Origin: Ktedonobacterales bacterium
GTDB taxonomy: Bacteria; Chloroflexota; Ktedonobacteria; Ktedonobacterales; JADMIN01
Direction of reading: 5' to 3'
Length of the DNA stretch: 32,000 nt
Assembly (NCBI GenBank): GCA_030167145.1
Contig: CP126532.1
Span: 2,310,001-2,342,000 of the forward strand
Shown here: positions 8,602 to 17,296 of the stretch, in pieces
Numbering within the stretch: the first letter of the stretch is position 1
Layout of the letters: the number at the start of each line of letters is the position of its first letter
Translations under genes and position numbers: made by a program
The notes under the pieces: model-generated
Told to the model about the DNA's origin: nothing
The model's input: only the letters and a program-made list of their open reading frames with translations
Databases searched by the model: none

Positions 8602-9135
8602 ATGCTACGTGGCGAGAAGGTGATCTTGCGTCCTATCGAACGGGAAGACTTGAAGCGGTTGCACGAGCTATCCGCAAACGTAGAGCTGGAGATGCTGGCT
8701 GGCGGCGCGTGGTCGCCGTGGTCGCTGGCGGCGGTCGAGAAGGACTTCGAGAAGCATCTGGAAGAGGAGGATAAGTCGGAGTTCGTGATCGAGGCCGATG
8801 GCAAGGTGATCGGCACGACGGAACTGCATCGCTGGAAGAACCGGCGCGCGGGGACCGCTGGCGTGGGCATCGGCATTTACGATCCAGAGTATCTGGGCAA
8901 GGGCTATGGGCGCGACGCGCTGAGGGTGTTGCTGGACTGGGCTTTTCGCATTCAGAACTACCGTCGCATCTGGCTGGATACGCTGGCCAAGAATGAGCGC
9001 GCGGTGCGCTGCTATCTGGCGGTGGGCTTCAAGCAGGAGGGGTTGCTGCGCCAGCACGAATACCACGATGGCGAGTATGCCGATGTGGTGACGATGGGCA
9101 TCCTGCGCGAGGAGTGGGAGACTCAGCGCGCATAG
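8602..9135 (+). CDS. GNAT family N-acetyltransferase (RimJ/RimL-like)
   Basis: MLRGEKVILRPIEREDLKRLHEL...IGIYDPEYLGKGYGRDALRVLLDWAFRIQNYRRIWLDTLAKNERAVRCYLAVGFKQEGLLRQH is a typical Acetyltransf_3 pattern. AAGGAG at 8588-8593 lies 8 nt before ATG 8602. Confidence 0.9.
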   Translation: MLRGEKVILRPIEREDLKRLHELSANVELEMLAGGAWSPWSLAAVEKDFEKHLEEEDKSEFVIEADGKVIGTTELHRWKNRRAGTAGVGIGIYDPEYLGKGYGRDALRVLLDWAFRIQNYRRIWLDTLAKNERAVRCYLAVGFKQEGLLRQHEYHDGEYADVVTMGILREEWETQRA

Positions 9136-9227
9136 GGCGGATGAGCACGGCGCTATGAGAGCGCCTGGGGTGGTGAGGCTGAGCGAAGGGCGCAACCTCA
9201 CCGCAGGCGCGTATGCAGTCGCGCTGG

Positions 9228-9659
9228 CTAGGCTGGATGCGCCTCGTAGACGGGCAGCGCGCGGAGCTTTGCCGGGCGCGGCTTGCCGAGGCAGGCGCCC
9301 GCATGGCGTTCGATGACGCGCCGCTCGATCTCGCGATCAATGCCGCGGCGCAGCCGGTCGTCGGTGCGGTAGCACTCGATCCACGCGGATGTCGCCCAGA
9401 TGCGCACGGTTCCGGTCAATTCCTCGCCACATTCTGGGCAGTGCCCAGTGAGAGATAACTCCTTATTCCACACTGACTTCCCCCATTCGTCGTCTGTGAC
9501 CTCGCCGCGTGCGGTGGGCCACGGCCAATGAATCCACCCATCGCTAATGCAACAACTGTGCCGCGACTTGACGTAACCAGTGTCGTATTCCTTTTGGGGT
9601 GCGCCTTTTTGCGTATACCTCTGGTCACTGACAGGCACACGGGAAAGGGAACACGACAT
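9228..9659 (-). CDS. hypothetical protein with CPEC zinc-ribbon-like element
   Basis: The 3' two-thirds has very GC-rich third positions in this frame (…GHCPECGEELTGTVRIWATSAWIECYRTDDRLRRGIDREIERRVIERH…). The 5' ~60 codons have visibly lower GC3, and the ATG at 9659 abuts the divergent gene's ATG. The true start may therefore be internal, for example GTG 9473 preceded by GGGGGAAG. I recognise no family. Confidence 0.45.
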   Translation of the reverse strand: MSCSLSRVPVSDQRYTQKGAPQKEYDTGYVKSRHSCCISDGWIHWPWPTARGEVTDDEWGKSVWNKELSLTGHCPECGEELTGTVRIWATSAWIECYRTDDRLRRGIDREIERRVIERHAGACLGKPRPAKLRALPVYEAHPA

Positions 9660-10770
9660 GAATCAGCGGCGCGGTGTGCTTCTGGCGATGGTGATGGCGA
9701 TCAGCGTTATTGCGCTTACGGCGATTCCAGCGCTGGCCGCGAGCGGCGCGTCTATCGCCAAGTTTTCGACCATCACGCAGATTAGCTCGACAGTTCCGCG
9801 CAATGGTGATGTGAACCCGTATGGCGTCGTAGTGGCGCCACAATCCGTAGGCAAGCTCGTACAGGGTAGTGTGCTGGTTAGCAACTTCAACAACAGCGCG
9901 AACTTGCAGGGCACGGGAACGACGATTGTGGAGATCTCGCCCAGTGGCGCGTTCAGCACGTTCGCGCGTATCCGCCCGCAGGCGCTGCCGGGCGCGTGCC
10001 CAGGGGGTGTGGGGCTGACGACGGCGCTGGTCATCGTTGGCGGGCAGTGGGTGGTAGTGGGCAGTCTCCCGACCACAGATGGCACGGCGGCCACCGCGCA
10101 GGCGGGGTGCCTTATCGTGCTGAACAGCGCCGGCAAGCCCGTCGAAACGCTCTCTGGCGCGAACATCAACGGTCCGTGGGATATGGCGGAGAGCGATAAC
10201 GGCGATAGCGCCAGCCTCTTTGTCAGCAATGTGCTGAACGGAACGGTTCAGGCGAATGGGAACGTGGTGAACAAAGGGACAGTGCTGCGCATCGGGCTGG
10301 AGCTTGAGGGGAGTGCGCCGCCGAAGATGGTTTCGCAGACGATCATTGGCTCTGGTTTCGCGGAGCGGACGGATCCTGCGGCGCTGGTGATCGGGCCAAC
10401 TGGGCTGGGACTTGGCGACAACGGGGTACTGTATGTCGCGGATAGCCTGAACAACCGGATTGCTGGTATTCCCAACGCCCTCACACGCAAGACGACTGCA
10501 TTCACTGGCAAGGATGTGTCGGTCAATGGCGCACTCAACGATCCGTTGGGTCTCGCTATTGCGCCCAACGGCGACATCTTGACGGTGAACGGCAACGACG
10601 GCAATCTGGTAGAAACGACACCCAAAGGCGCGCAGATTGCCACTGTGGCGCTCGATACTACGGGTAGCCCGCCGGGGGCTGGTACGCTCTTTGGGCTGGC
10701 GGTGAAGCCAGGTGGGACTGGAGTGTATTTCGTGGATGACGGCAGCAATACGCTGAATCTGCTGCATTAA
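9658..10770 (+). CDS. secreted NHL-repeat / six-bladed beta-propeller-like protein
   Basis: Signal peptide MNQRRGVLLAMVMAISVIALTAIPALAASGA. NHL-like blades are present (GVLYVADSLNNRIAGI, LNDPLGLAIAPNGDILTVNGNDGNLVE, GVYFVDDGSNTLNLL). The track start 9580 is trimmed to ATG 9658, which follows GGGAAAGGGA. Confidence 0.8.
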   Translation: MNQRRGVLLAMVMAISVIALTAIPALAASGASIAKFSTITQISSTVPRNGDVNPYGVVVAPQSVGKLVQGSVLVSNFNNSANLQGTGTTIVEISPSGAFSTFARIRPQALPGACPGGVGLTTALVIVGGQWVVVGSLPTTDGTAATAQAGCLIVLNSAGKPVETLSGANINGPWDMAESDNGDSASLFVSNVLNGTVQANGNVVNKGTVLRIGLELEGSAPPKMVSQTIIGSGFAERTDPAALVIGPTGLGLGDNGVLYVADSLNNRIAGIPNALTRKTTAFTGKDVSVNGALNDPLGLAIAPNGDILTVNGNDGNLVETTPKGAQIATVALDTTGSPPGAGTLFGLAVKPGGTGVYFVDDGSNTLNLLH

Positions 10771-10791
10771 ACGACACTGAATTGCGTGAGC

Positions 10792-10828
10792 AGTGCCCGG
10801 TGTTTCCATCGAGGGAGCGCCGGGCACT
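10792..10828. terminator. hairpin between convergent genes (bidirectional terminator candidate)
   Basis: AGTGCCCGG (10792-10800) and CCGGGCACT (10820-10828) form a 9-bp perfect stem with a 19-nt loop. It lies in the 86-bp gap between the NHL gene stop and the acs stop. There is no strong U-tract. Confidence 0.35.
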
Positions 10829-10856
10829 TGAATGTGTGAGCGAGAGTAGGTTAGCC

Positions 10857-13244
10857 TTAGCCTTCGGAGGCCTCATACTGTTCTTTGATCTGGGCGACGA
10901 TGGAGGGGTCGAGCAGCGTGGTGGTGTCGCCCAAGACCCGCCCCTCGGCGATGTCGCGCAAGAGCCGCCGCATGATCTTCGCCGAGCGCGTCTTGGGCAG
11001 CTCGCTCGTATAGTAGATGCGCTGTGGCCGCGCCAGCGCGCCGATGCTGCGCACCACCTGCTCCTTGAGTTCGGCGGTCAGCGCGTCGTTGGGCTGCTGC
11101 CCGGCGCGCGGCGTGACGAAGGCGACGATGGCCTGCCCGGTCAGCGCATCGCTGGCGCCGATCACCGCCGCCTCCGCCACCGCCGGATGCGCCACCAGCG
11201 CGCTCTCCACCTCCATCGTGCCCAGCCGATGCCCCGAGACATTGACCACATCATCCACCCGCCCCAGCAACCAGTAGTAGCCGTCGGCGTCTTGCCGCGC
11301 GCCGTCCCCGGTCAGATACTGCCCCGGATACGTCGCCCAATACGTCGCCTGGTAGCGGGCCGGGTCGCCCCAGATGCCGCGCGACATCGCCGGCCAGGGC
11401 CGGGTCAGCACCAGGTTGCCGCCCGCGCCACTGCCCGCGGGGACGGGCTGCCCGGCGGCGTCGAGGATCGCCGGGAAGACGCCGGGGAAGGCGCGGGTGG
11501 CGGAGCCGGGCTTGGTCGGCACCAGCCCCGGCAGTGGCGCGATCAGGATCATGCCGGTCTCGGTCTGCCACCAGGTATCCACAATCGGACACGGCGGGCG
11601 GCCCGTCTGGGCGGCGGCCGTAGCCTGCGCGCCGCCGCCGATGTGCTGCTGGTACCAGATCCACGCCTCGGGGTTGATCGGTTCGCCGACCGTGCCCAAG
11701 AGGCGCAGCGAGGTGAGGTCGTGGGCGGCGGGGTACTGCTCGCCCCAGCGCATGAAGGTGCGGATCGAGGTCGGCGCGGTGTAGAGGATGCTGACCCGGT
11801 ACTGCTCGACCAGCGCCCAGAAGCGGTCTTTGTCGGGGTAGTCCGGCGCGCCCTCGTACATCACCACACTCGCGCCGTTCGCCAGCGGGCCGTAGACGAT
11901 GTAGGAGTGGCCCGTCACCCAGCCGATGTCGGCGGTACACCAGTAGACATCCTCCTCTTTGAGGTCGAAGATCCACTGGTGGGTCAGCGCCACCCCGGTC
12001 AGGTAGCCGCCGGTGGTGTGCAGCTGCCCCTTGGGCTTGCCGGTGGTGCCCGAGGTGTACATGATGTAGAGCGGATGCTCGCTCGCCACCGGCACCGGGG
12101 CGACCACCGGCACGTGCCGCCCACCCTGCGTCACCTGCGCCACGGCGTCGTGGTACCACACGTCGCGGCCCTCGTGCATCGCCACCGCGCGCGCCGCGGG
12201 GCCGACGCGCTGCACGACGAGGACGTGGCGCACGCTGGGGGTGTCGGTGAGCGCGGCGTCGGTGGTGTCTTTCAAGGGGACGACGTTGCCGCGCCGCCAG
12301 CCGCCGTCGGCGGTGACCACGACGCTGGCCGCGGAGTCCTGGATGCGGTCGCGCAGCGCCTCGGCGCTGAAGCCGCCGAAGATCACGGTGTGTGGCGCGC
12401 CCAGCCGCGCGCAGGCCAACAGGCCAATGGCCAGCTCAGGAAGCATCGGCATGTAGAAGGCGACGCGGTCGCCGGCCTGCACGCCCAGTTGTTGCAGGAC
12501 GGCGGCGAAGGTGTTGACCTCGCGGTATAAGTCCTGGTAGGTCAGCACCCGCCGGTCGCCTGGCTCCCCCTCCCAGATGAGGGCCGCTTTGTTCTTGCGC
12601 CAGGTGGTGAGATGGCGATCCACGCAGTTGTAGGCGGCGTTGAGGGTGCCATCGGCGAACCAGCGGGCGGTGGGGGGGGTGGCGGTCGGATCCCAGTCGA
12701 GCACCGAGGTGAAGGGGGTGAACCAGTCGAGGCGGCGGGCGGCCTCGGCCCAGAAGGCGTCGGGGTCGGCGGCGGCGCGCTCGTAGACGGTGGGGTCGGC
12801 GATGGTCGCCTGGGCGACGAAGGCCGCCGACGGCGCAAACACCCGCTCCTCCTGCAACAGCGCGTCAATGGTCGTGGATGCGCCGCTTGTGGCGGGGGCA
12901 GCCGGCGCGCTCGCCGTCGCTGGCTCTGGCGATGGCACGGGGTCGGGATTAGGGTCTGGCATTTGCGCAACCTCCACGACTTCTACGACTTCTACTGTTT
13001 CCATCGCTGAATCGGAGCCAGATGCGGCGGGAGATTCGGCGATGACCTCTACGACTTCCACCACTGGATCTTCCACTGGCGCGGGTGTGGGGTCGGCTGG
13101 CGCCGCAACTGGCGTGGGTGCGGGGGATGGGGGAGTTGCCATGTTGGGCGCGGGTGCGGCAGGTGAGGGAGGTGGGGGAGCAGTTGTCGCCGCGTCCTGC
13201 TTGCCGTTGCGTCGGAACCAACCGAAGAATCGGGAGCTTGCCAT
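10857..13244 (-). CDS. acs: acetyl-CoA synthetase (AMP-forming) with ~124-aa N-terminal low-complexity extension
   Basis: Full Acs signature set: [90 protein letters not shown]. The track ORF (to 13322) is trimmed to ATG 13244, which is preceded by AAAGGAGG with a 5-nt spacer. Confidence 0.95.
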   Translation of the reverse strand: MASSRFFGWFRRNGKQDAATTAPPPPSPAAPAPNMATPPSPAPTPVAAPADPTPAPVEDPVVEVVEVIAESPAASGSDSAMETVEVVEVVEVAQMPDPNPDPVPSPEPATASAPAAPATSGASTTIDALLQEERVFAPSAAFVAQATIADPTVYERAAADPDAFWAEAARRLDWFTPFTSVLDWDPTATPPTARWFADGTLNAAYNCVDRHLTTWRKNKAALIWEGEPGDRRVLTYQDLYREVNTFAAVLQQLGVQAGDRVAFYMPMLPELAIGLLACARLGAPHTVIFGGFSAEALRDRIQDSAASVVVTADGGWRRGNVVPLKDTTDAALTDTPSVRHVLVVQRVGPAARAVAMHEGRDVWYHDAVAQVTQGGRHVPVVAPVPVASEHPLYIMYTSGTTGKPKGQLHTTGGYLTGVALTHQWIFDLKEEDVYWCTADIGWVTGHSYIVYGPLANGASVVMYEGAPDYPDKDRFWALVEQYRVSILYTAPTSIRTFMRWGEQYPAAHDLTSLRLLGTVGEPINPEAWIWYQQHIGGGAQATAAAQTGRPPCPIVDTWWQTETGMILIAPLPGLVPTKPGSATRAFPGVFPAILDAAGQPVPAGSGAGGNLVLTRPWPAMSRGIWGDPARYQATYWATYPGQYLTGDGARQDADGYYWLLGRVDDVVNVSGHRLGTMEVESALVAHPAVAEAAVIGASDALTGQAIVAFVTPRAGQQPNDALTAELKEQVVRSIGALARPQRIYYTSELPKTRSAKIMRRLLRDIAEGRVLGDTTTLLDPSIVAQIKEQYEASEG

Positions 13245-13364
13245 GTCTGCCTCCTTTTGGAGCACACAGCTATACGGTACCCACGTGTCGTCCACAAGTA
13301 CGCCGGATTGTGATGAGTGCAAACCGCTGTTTCCTCGGTACCGTTATGTGGACTATTGTATCAG

Positions 13365-13395
13365 ATTGCGAGGCAGATTGTGCAACGAGTTTGCT
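13365..13395 (-). promoter_or_regulatory. promoter candidate upstream of acs (extended -10)
   Basis: The minus strand reads TTGCAC, then 19 nt, then (TGA)TACAAT. The -10 is the reverse complement of ATTGTA at 13365-13370, with a TGn extension. The spacer is long, so this is tentative. A CAGATTG direct repeat (13372-13378, 13384-13390) overlaps it. Confidence 0.3.
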
Positions 13396-13444
13396 GAGGT
13401 GGATAATGGAAGAAGAATCGCGACGACGAGCGGCGGCATGATGG

Positions 13445-14659
13445 TCAGCCGAGCAGGACTTTGGCGAGGGTGTTGGGGGAGAGGGCCTGCAGGGGGTCGT
13501 CGTTTTCCATGACGATGTTCATGTAGGCGTCGCGGAGGTCGCGGCGGTGGGATGCGGCTTGGACGGCGCGGTTGACGATGAAGGGGTTGAGGTAGCAGAG
13601 GCGCAGGCGGTCGCTGAGGCGAAAGAGGCGCTGATAGGCCTGGCGCAGGCGGTGGTCGTAGGCGCGCAGGGGGGTGAGGGAGAAGTCGCCGGAGGCGAAC
13701 ATGGCGGTGATCTGCTCGGCGGCGATGTGGGCGGATTCCATGGCGTAGTCTATGCCCTCGCCGGTGACGGGGTTAACGAGGCCGGCGGCTTCGCCGATGA
13801 GGAGGACGCGCTCGGCGTAGGTGGGGGCGCGGGCGAAGTCTATGCGGATGGGGTAGCCTTTGACGGGGCCGTCGAGGTGCGCGCCTTCGAGCAGGCGGCG
13901 CAGGGAGGGGGTGCGCAGGAAGTTGTCGAAGACGGTGCGGGCTGATTCGGGCATCCACCAGGAGGCGATGCCGCCGCGAAAGATGCCCGCGCCGATGTTG
14001 GCGCGCGTGGGCGAGAGGGGGAAGACCCAGCCATAGCCAGGGAGCGGCACGCCGTCGAAGCGGCACTGGACGCTCTGATCGAGGTGGGTGATGCCGTCGT
14101 AGTAGGCGCGGCAAGCGAGCATCATTGCCGGGGGACGGCGCAGGATGCCCATCTTCACGAGCAGGCCGGTGCTGGCGCCGGTGGCGATGATGACGATGCG
14201 GCTGCGATGGGTGACGGGCTGTTTGCCCTGAATGGCTTCGACGACCATGCAATCGGATTCGCGGCGGAGATCGGTGACGCGGGCTGAGCCGATGAACTGC
14301 GCGCCGCTGGCGACAGCGTGCTCTAGCAGGAGGTTATCGAGAATCAGGCGGGGGACAATAGCGACGGACTGGTAGCGTTCGTCGTGGCTGATGACGTCGG
14401 CGCTGGCGGTGTGGCCACGGGGGGCGACGAAGGTGATGGTGTGGTGGCACGCGGCTGCGCTGAGCACGCGGTCGAGCAGGCCCATGGTGTCGAGGACACG
14501 CAGGGCGCGGGGGGTGAGACCATCGCCGCAGGTTTTGTCGCGCGGGAAGGTGGCTTTATCGAGGGCGAGTACGTCGAGTCCGGCGCGGGCCAGCTCGTAT
14601 GCGGCGGTGGAACCGCCCGGCCCAGCGCCGATGATGATGACATCATGCAGGTCAGCCAT
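13445..14659 (-). CDS. geranylgeranyl reductase family FAD-dependent oxidoreductase
   Basis: MADLHDVIIIGAGPGGSTAAYELARAGLDVLALDKATFPRDKTCGDGLTPRAL, YGWVFP and LLIGEAAGLVNPVTGEGIDYAMES match the GGR (TIGR02032-like) hallmarks. The start ATG 14659 overlaps the upstream gene's TGA by 8 nt (ATGGCTGA). The track ORF's extra 68 N-terminal codons are Pro/Ser-rich read-through. Confidence 0.9.
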   Translation of the reverse strand: MADLHDVIIIGAGPGGSTAAYELARAGLDVLALDKATFPRDKTCGDGLTPRALRVLDTMGLLDRVLSAAACHHTITFVAPRGHTASADVISHDERYQSVAIVPRLILDNLLLEHAVASGAQFIGSARVTDLRRESDCMVVEAIQGKQPVTHRSRIVIIATGASTGLLVKMGILRRPPAMMLACRAYYDGITHLDQSVQCRFDGVPLPGYGWVFPLSPTRANIGAGIFRGGIASWWMPESARTVFDNFLRTPSLRRLLEGAHLDGPVKGYPIRIDFARAPTYAERVLLIGEAAGLVNPVTGEGIDYAMESAHIAAEQITAMFASGDFSLTPLRAYDHRLRQAYQRLFRLSDRLRLCYLNPFIVNRAVQAASHRRDLRDAYMNIVMENDDPLQALSPNTLAKVLLG

Positions 14660-15506
14660 GGAGGGAACCCTTCGCTGGTGGGGTGTCGTCGGGGGTGAGG
14701 AGTTGGACAAGGGATTCGACGGCTGAGCGACTGAGCTTTTCTTCGCCACGGTCGAGGGTGTCGAGGGTGGCGATGGCGAGCGCGAGAGGTATCTGGATGA
14801 AGTAGGCGAAGGGTGTGGTGGGCAGAGTCTGGGCGTAGGCATGGGCGAGCGCAAGGTTGCCACGGGCGTAGTCGGTCATGTGGGTGGGGGTCCAGCCGGT
14901 GGGGAAAAAGTCTACGCCGCGTGCGACATCGGCGGTGCGATTGCGCAGGATATTGACGGCTTGCAGGCCGCGACCGAATTGGATGGCGGGGGTGCGGCTC
15001 ATCTGGAAGCCGTCGCTCCAGGCGCCGATGTCGCAGATGAGCAGGCCGACGGCGCCAGCGACGCCGAAAGTGTAGCGGTCGAGGTCGGACTGGGTGTGGA
15101 TGGTCCAGCCGTTTTCGACCCAGAAGGCCATACGTTCGGCCATGGCGGCGATGGAGTCCCAGATGCGTGGGGCGATGGATTCGGGGGCGAGGCAGGCCCA
15201 TTCGCTGAGGCGGAGGGTGACTTCTGGCTGGTCTGTGGGGGCGCCAGAGAAGAGGGCGGAGAAGTCGGAATGGGAGAAGGCGGCGATGGTGGTCTGCGCC
15301 TGGAAGAGTTGGCTGATGGCGCGGAGCTGGCGGACCTTGATGAGAGGGTCCAGGGCGGGGTGGTCTTCGATTTCGTCAATGGCGCGCATGCAGAGGTATG
15401 CGGAGGTGATCGCTTCGCGCAGGCCGGAGGGGAGACGGCTGATGGGGATGAAGAATGTCCGGCTGGTGCGCTCCAAGATATCGAGCGCGTCGGGCTGTAC
15501 GGGCAT
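14652..15506 (-). CDS. squalene/phytoene synthase family (head-to-head trans-isoprenyl diphosphate synthase-like) protein
   Basis: ILERTSRTFFIPISRLPSGLREAITSAYLCMRAIDEIEDH carries the first Asp-rich motif DEIED. GLQAVNILRNRTADVARGVDFFP aligns by eye to the NI(L/I)RD..ED...GR.(F/Y)(W/L)P region of SQS/CrtB. ATG 15506 follows GAAGGT. Confidence 0.75.
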   Translation of the reverse strand: MPVQPDALDILERTSRTFFIPISRLPSGLREAITSAYLCMRAIDEIEDHPALDPLIKVRQLRAISQLFQAQTTIAAFSHSDFSALFSGAPTDQPEVTLRLSEWACLAPESIAPRIWDSIAAMAERMAFWVENGWTIHTQSDLDRYTFGVAGAVGLLICDIGAWSDGFQMSRTPAIQFGRGLQAVNILRNRTADVARGVDFFPTGWTPTHMTDYARGNLALAHAYAQTLPTTPFAYFIQIPLALAIATLDTLDRGEEKLSRSAVESLVQLLTPDDTPPAKGSLHG

Positions 15507-15912
15507 CGCGTACCTTCTACCTTCTCTACGCATGTGTGGGCATGCGGCGCGGGTGTCGCATGGTGGGGCAATGTATGTTCCCCGCCAGATTAGTGCCACG
15601 CCCGCCACGAACAGTGGCGCATCGCGGCCCGCACCCTACACGATACGCGATATGCCAGCCAGACGCAAATGGTTGGCGGCGGGAATAGGGCAGTAAAGAT
15701 ACGTATACGGGGAGCGGGCAGGTGGGGTGGTGGCATCTTTCGTGCAAGTTGAGATACAGCGCCTCAAGGCCATCGAGGGCTGGTGTAGAGACTCATGGCC
15801 GAAGCTGGTGTTGCGGGTGAGATGAGCTACATTAGCGGCACAAGTGACATGCTCGAAGACATACGCGAACAGGTATGTTGTTGCGAATAGAACGGACGGC
15901 GGGAGGGAGCAT

Positions 15913-16758
15913 ATGCGTGACAGCAGAGGGGCGCTACGCGCGCCAGATGCGCCCAAACGGGAGCCAGGACGCGAGCAGGATACAAAGCAGATAGAGCAGG
16001 CGACAGAGCAGGCGACAGAGCAGGCGACAGAGCAGACTGCGGAACAGCAAGAAGCGCAACAGTATGCGGTGGATGAGATGCTGTTGCGGCTGCTGGTGGG
16101 CGCCGCGCTGGAAGGCTCGGACGAGGCGTTGCGGCGGCTGCGGGTGTGGGATGCGGCGACACGGGACGCGCTGGCGGCGGGTGGGGCGGCGGCGCATCCG
16201 GTGCGGAGCGTGCTGCTGGGAATGTTGCTGGAGACGGAGGAGGGTGTGCGCGGGGGCATCATGTCGGTCGGACGGCTGGGGGCGCGGATATGGGGGCGGG
16301 GCACGCGGGCGCTGCGGCGGGTGACAGACGAGACGCTGCCGTTGGGGATGTTGCTGCGTTTGGATGCGCTGATGGAGCGGGGGCAGAATCTGCGGGACCG
16401 CTGGATGCTGGAGGGATTCATGATCGAGCGGCAGGGGAGGTCGCTGGCACGGCGCGCGACGAACGATGCCGTGGCAGAACTGCTAGGCTATTTCGCGCGT
16501 GATCCGCAGGTGCGGTCGTTGATCGAGCAGCAGAGTCTAGGTATGGCGGGGGCGGCGGTGGAGGATGTGCGGTCGCGTGCGGCGTCGGCGGATGCGTGGG
16601 TGGAGCAGATGACGCAAGCGCTGTTGCGGCGGGGGCCGCGCCCTGGCACATCTGCGCCCGCGAAGGAGGAATTGCCGGAGAAGTCGCAGGAGAAGCCGCC
16701 GGAGAAATCGTCGGAGGCGCCGAAGTCGCCGACACGGCCGAACCGTGGCGGAAGCTGA
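15913..16758 (+). CDS. hypothetical Ala/Arg/Leu-rich helical protein with EQAT tandem repeat and PEKS-rich tail
   Basis: GC-rich third positions, and GGGAGGGAG sits immediately upstream of ATG 15913. I recognise no family. The stop lies 10 nt before the RDD gene start, suggesting co-transcription. Confidence 0.55.
   Translation: MRDSRGALRAPDAPKREPGREQDTKQIEQATEQATEQATEQTAEQQEAQQYAVDEMLLRLLVGAALEGSDEALRRLRVWDAATRDALAAGGAAAHPVRSVLLGMLLETEEGVRGGIMSVGRLGARIWGRGTRALRRVTDETLPLGMLLRLDALMERGQNLRDRWMLEGFMIERQGRSLARRATNDAVAELLGYFARDPQVRSLIEQQSLGMAGAAVEDVRSRAASADAWVEQMTQALLRRGPRPGTSAPAKEELPEKSQEKPPEKSSEAPKSPTRPNRGGS
15994..16041 (+). repeat. 12-bp tandem repeat (GAGCAGGCGACA x3 plus a degenerate 4th) inside the CDS
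   Basis: Units at 15994-16005, 16006-16017 and 16018-16029 are identical. 16030-16041 is GAGCAGACTGCG. Together they encode EQAT-EQAT-EQAT-EQTA. Confidence 0.9.
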
Positions 16759-16768
16759 GAGCAAAGCG

Positions 16769-17284
16769 ATGAAACGTGATCCGCTGGCTGGCCATACCGC
16801 TGGCTTCATCAGCCGGGTGATGGCCTTCGGTATTGATTTTGTGGTAATCAGCGTGACGCTGCTGCTGGTGGCAGCAGGGGCGACGGCGGTGGAGAGCCTG
16901 TTGGCGGGGCCGCTGTATGTGGGGGTGCGCTTCGCGGTGACGGTGGGGGCGACGGTGTTCGCGGCGGTCTTTGCCATTATCTATCCTATTGTCTTCTGGA
17001 CGCTGTTTGGGCAGACGCCGGGGAAGATGTTGATGGGGCTGCGGATCGTGCGGACGAACGGGCAGCCGTTGCGGCTGGGGCATGCGGTGCTGCGGTATGT
17101 GGGGTGGGTGTTGTCGGCGGCGGCGCTGTTTGTGGGGTTCGTGTGGATCCTGGTGGATAAGCGGCGGCAGGGGTGGGATGATAAGATTGGCGATACGCTG
17201 GTGATCTATACGGAGCGCAATCCGCTGCGCGAGTTGGCGGCACGGCGAGAAGCGGGGCCACCGCTGGCGCGGGGGATGGGGTGA
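16769..17284 (+). CDS. RDD family membrane protein
   Basis: AGFISRVMAFGIDFVVISV...FWTLFGQTPGKMLMGLRIVRTNGQPL...LRYVGWVLSAAALFVGFVWILVDKRRQGWDDKIGDTLVI is the classic RDD domain layout. ATG 16769 is preferred over GTG 16745. Confidence 0.85.
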   Translation: MKRDPLAGHTAGFISRVMAFGIDFVVISVTLLLVAAGATAVESLLAGPLYVGVRFAVTVGATVFAAVFAIIYPIVFWTLFGQTPGKMLMGLRIVRTNGQPLRLGHAVLRYVGWVLSAAALFVGFVWILVDKRRQGWDDKIGDTLVIYTERNPLRELAARREAGPPLARGMG

Positions 17285-17296
17285 GTGGGGATGCTC

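Noticed and set aside
9136-9227. 7-bp stem GGTGAGG (9172-9178) / CCTCACC (9196-9202) as a terminator between the convergent GNAT and hypothetical genes
   Set aside because: The stem is short, the loop is 17 nt and there is no U-tract. This is too weak to list as a feature.
10782-12530. 582-aa ORF on the plus strand, the second-longest ORF in this part of the track
   Set aside because: It is entirely antisense to acs, whose minus-strand translation carries every canonical Acs motif. The plus-strand product is Arg/Gly/Ala/His/Pro-rich low-complexity sequence, as expected for stop-poor antisense frames in high-GC DNA.
13547-15593. Plus-strand ORFs 13547..13945, 14384..14726 and 14841..15593 opposite the GGR and SQS-like genes
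   Set aside because: These are Gly/Ala/Glu/Asp/Val-rich antisense shadows. The minus-strand frames carry complete FAD-binding and prenyl-synthase motifs.
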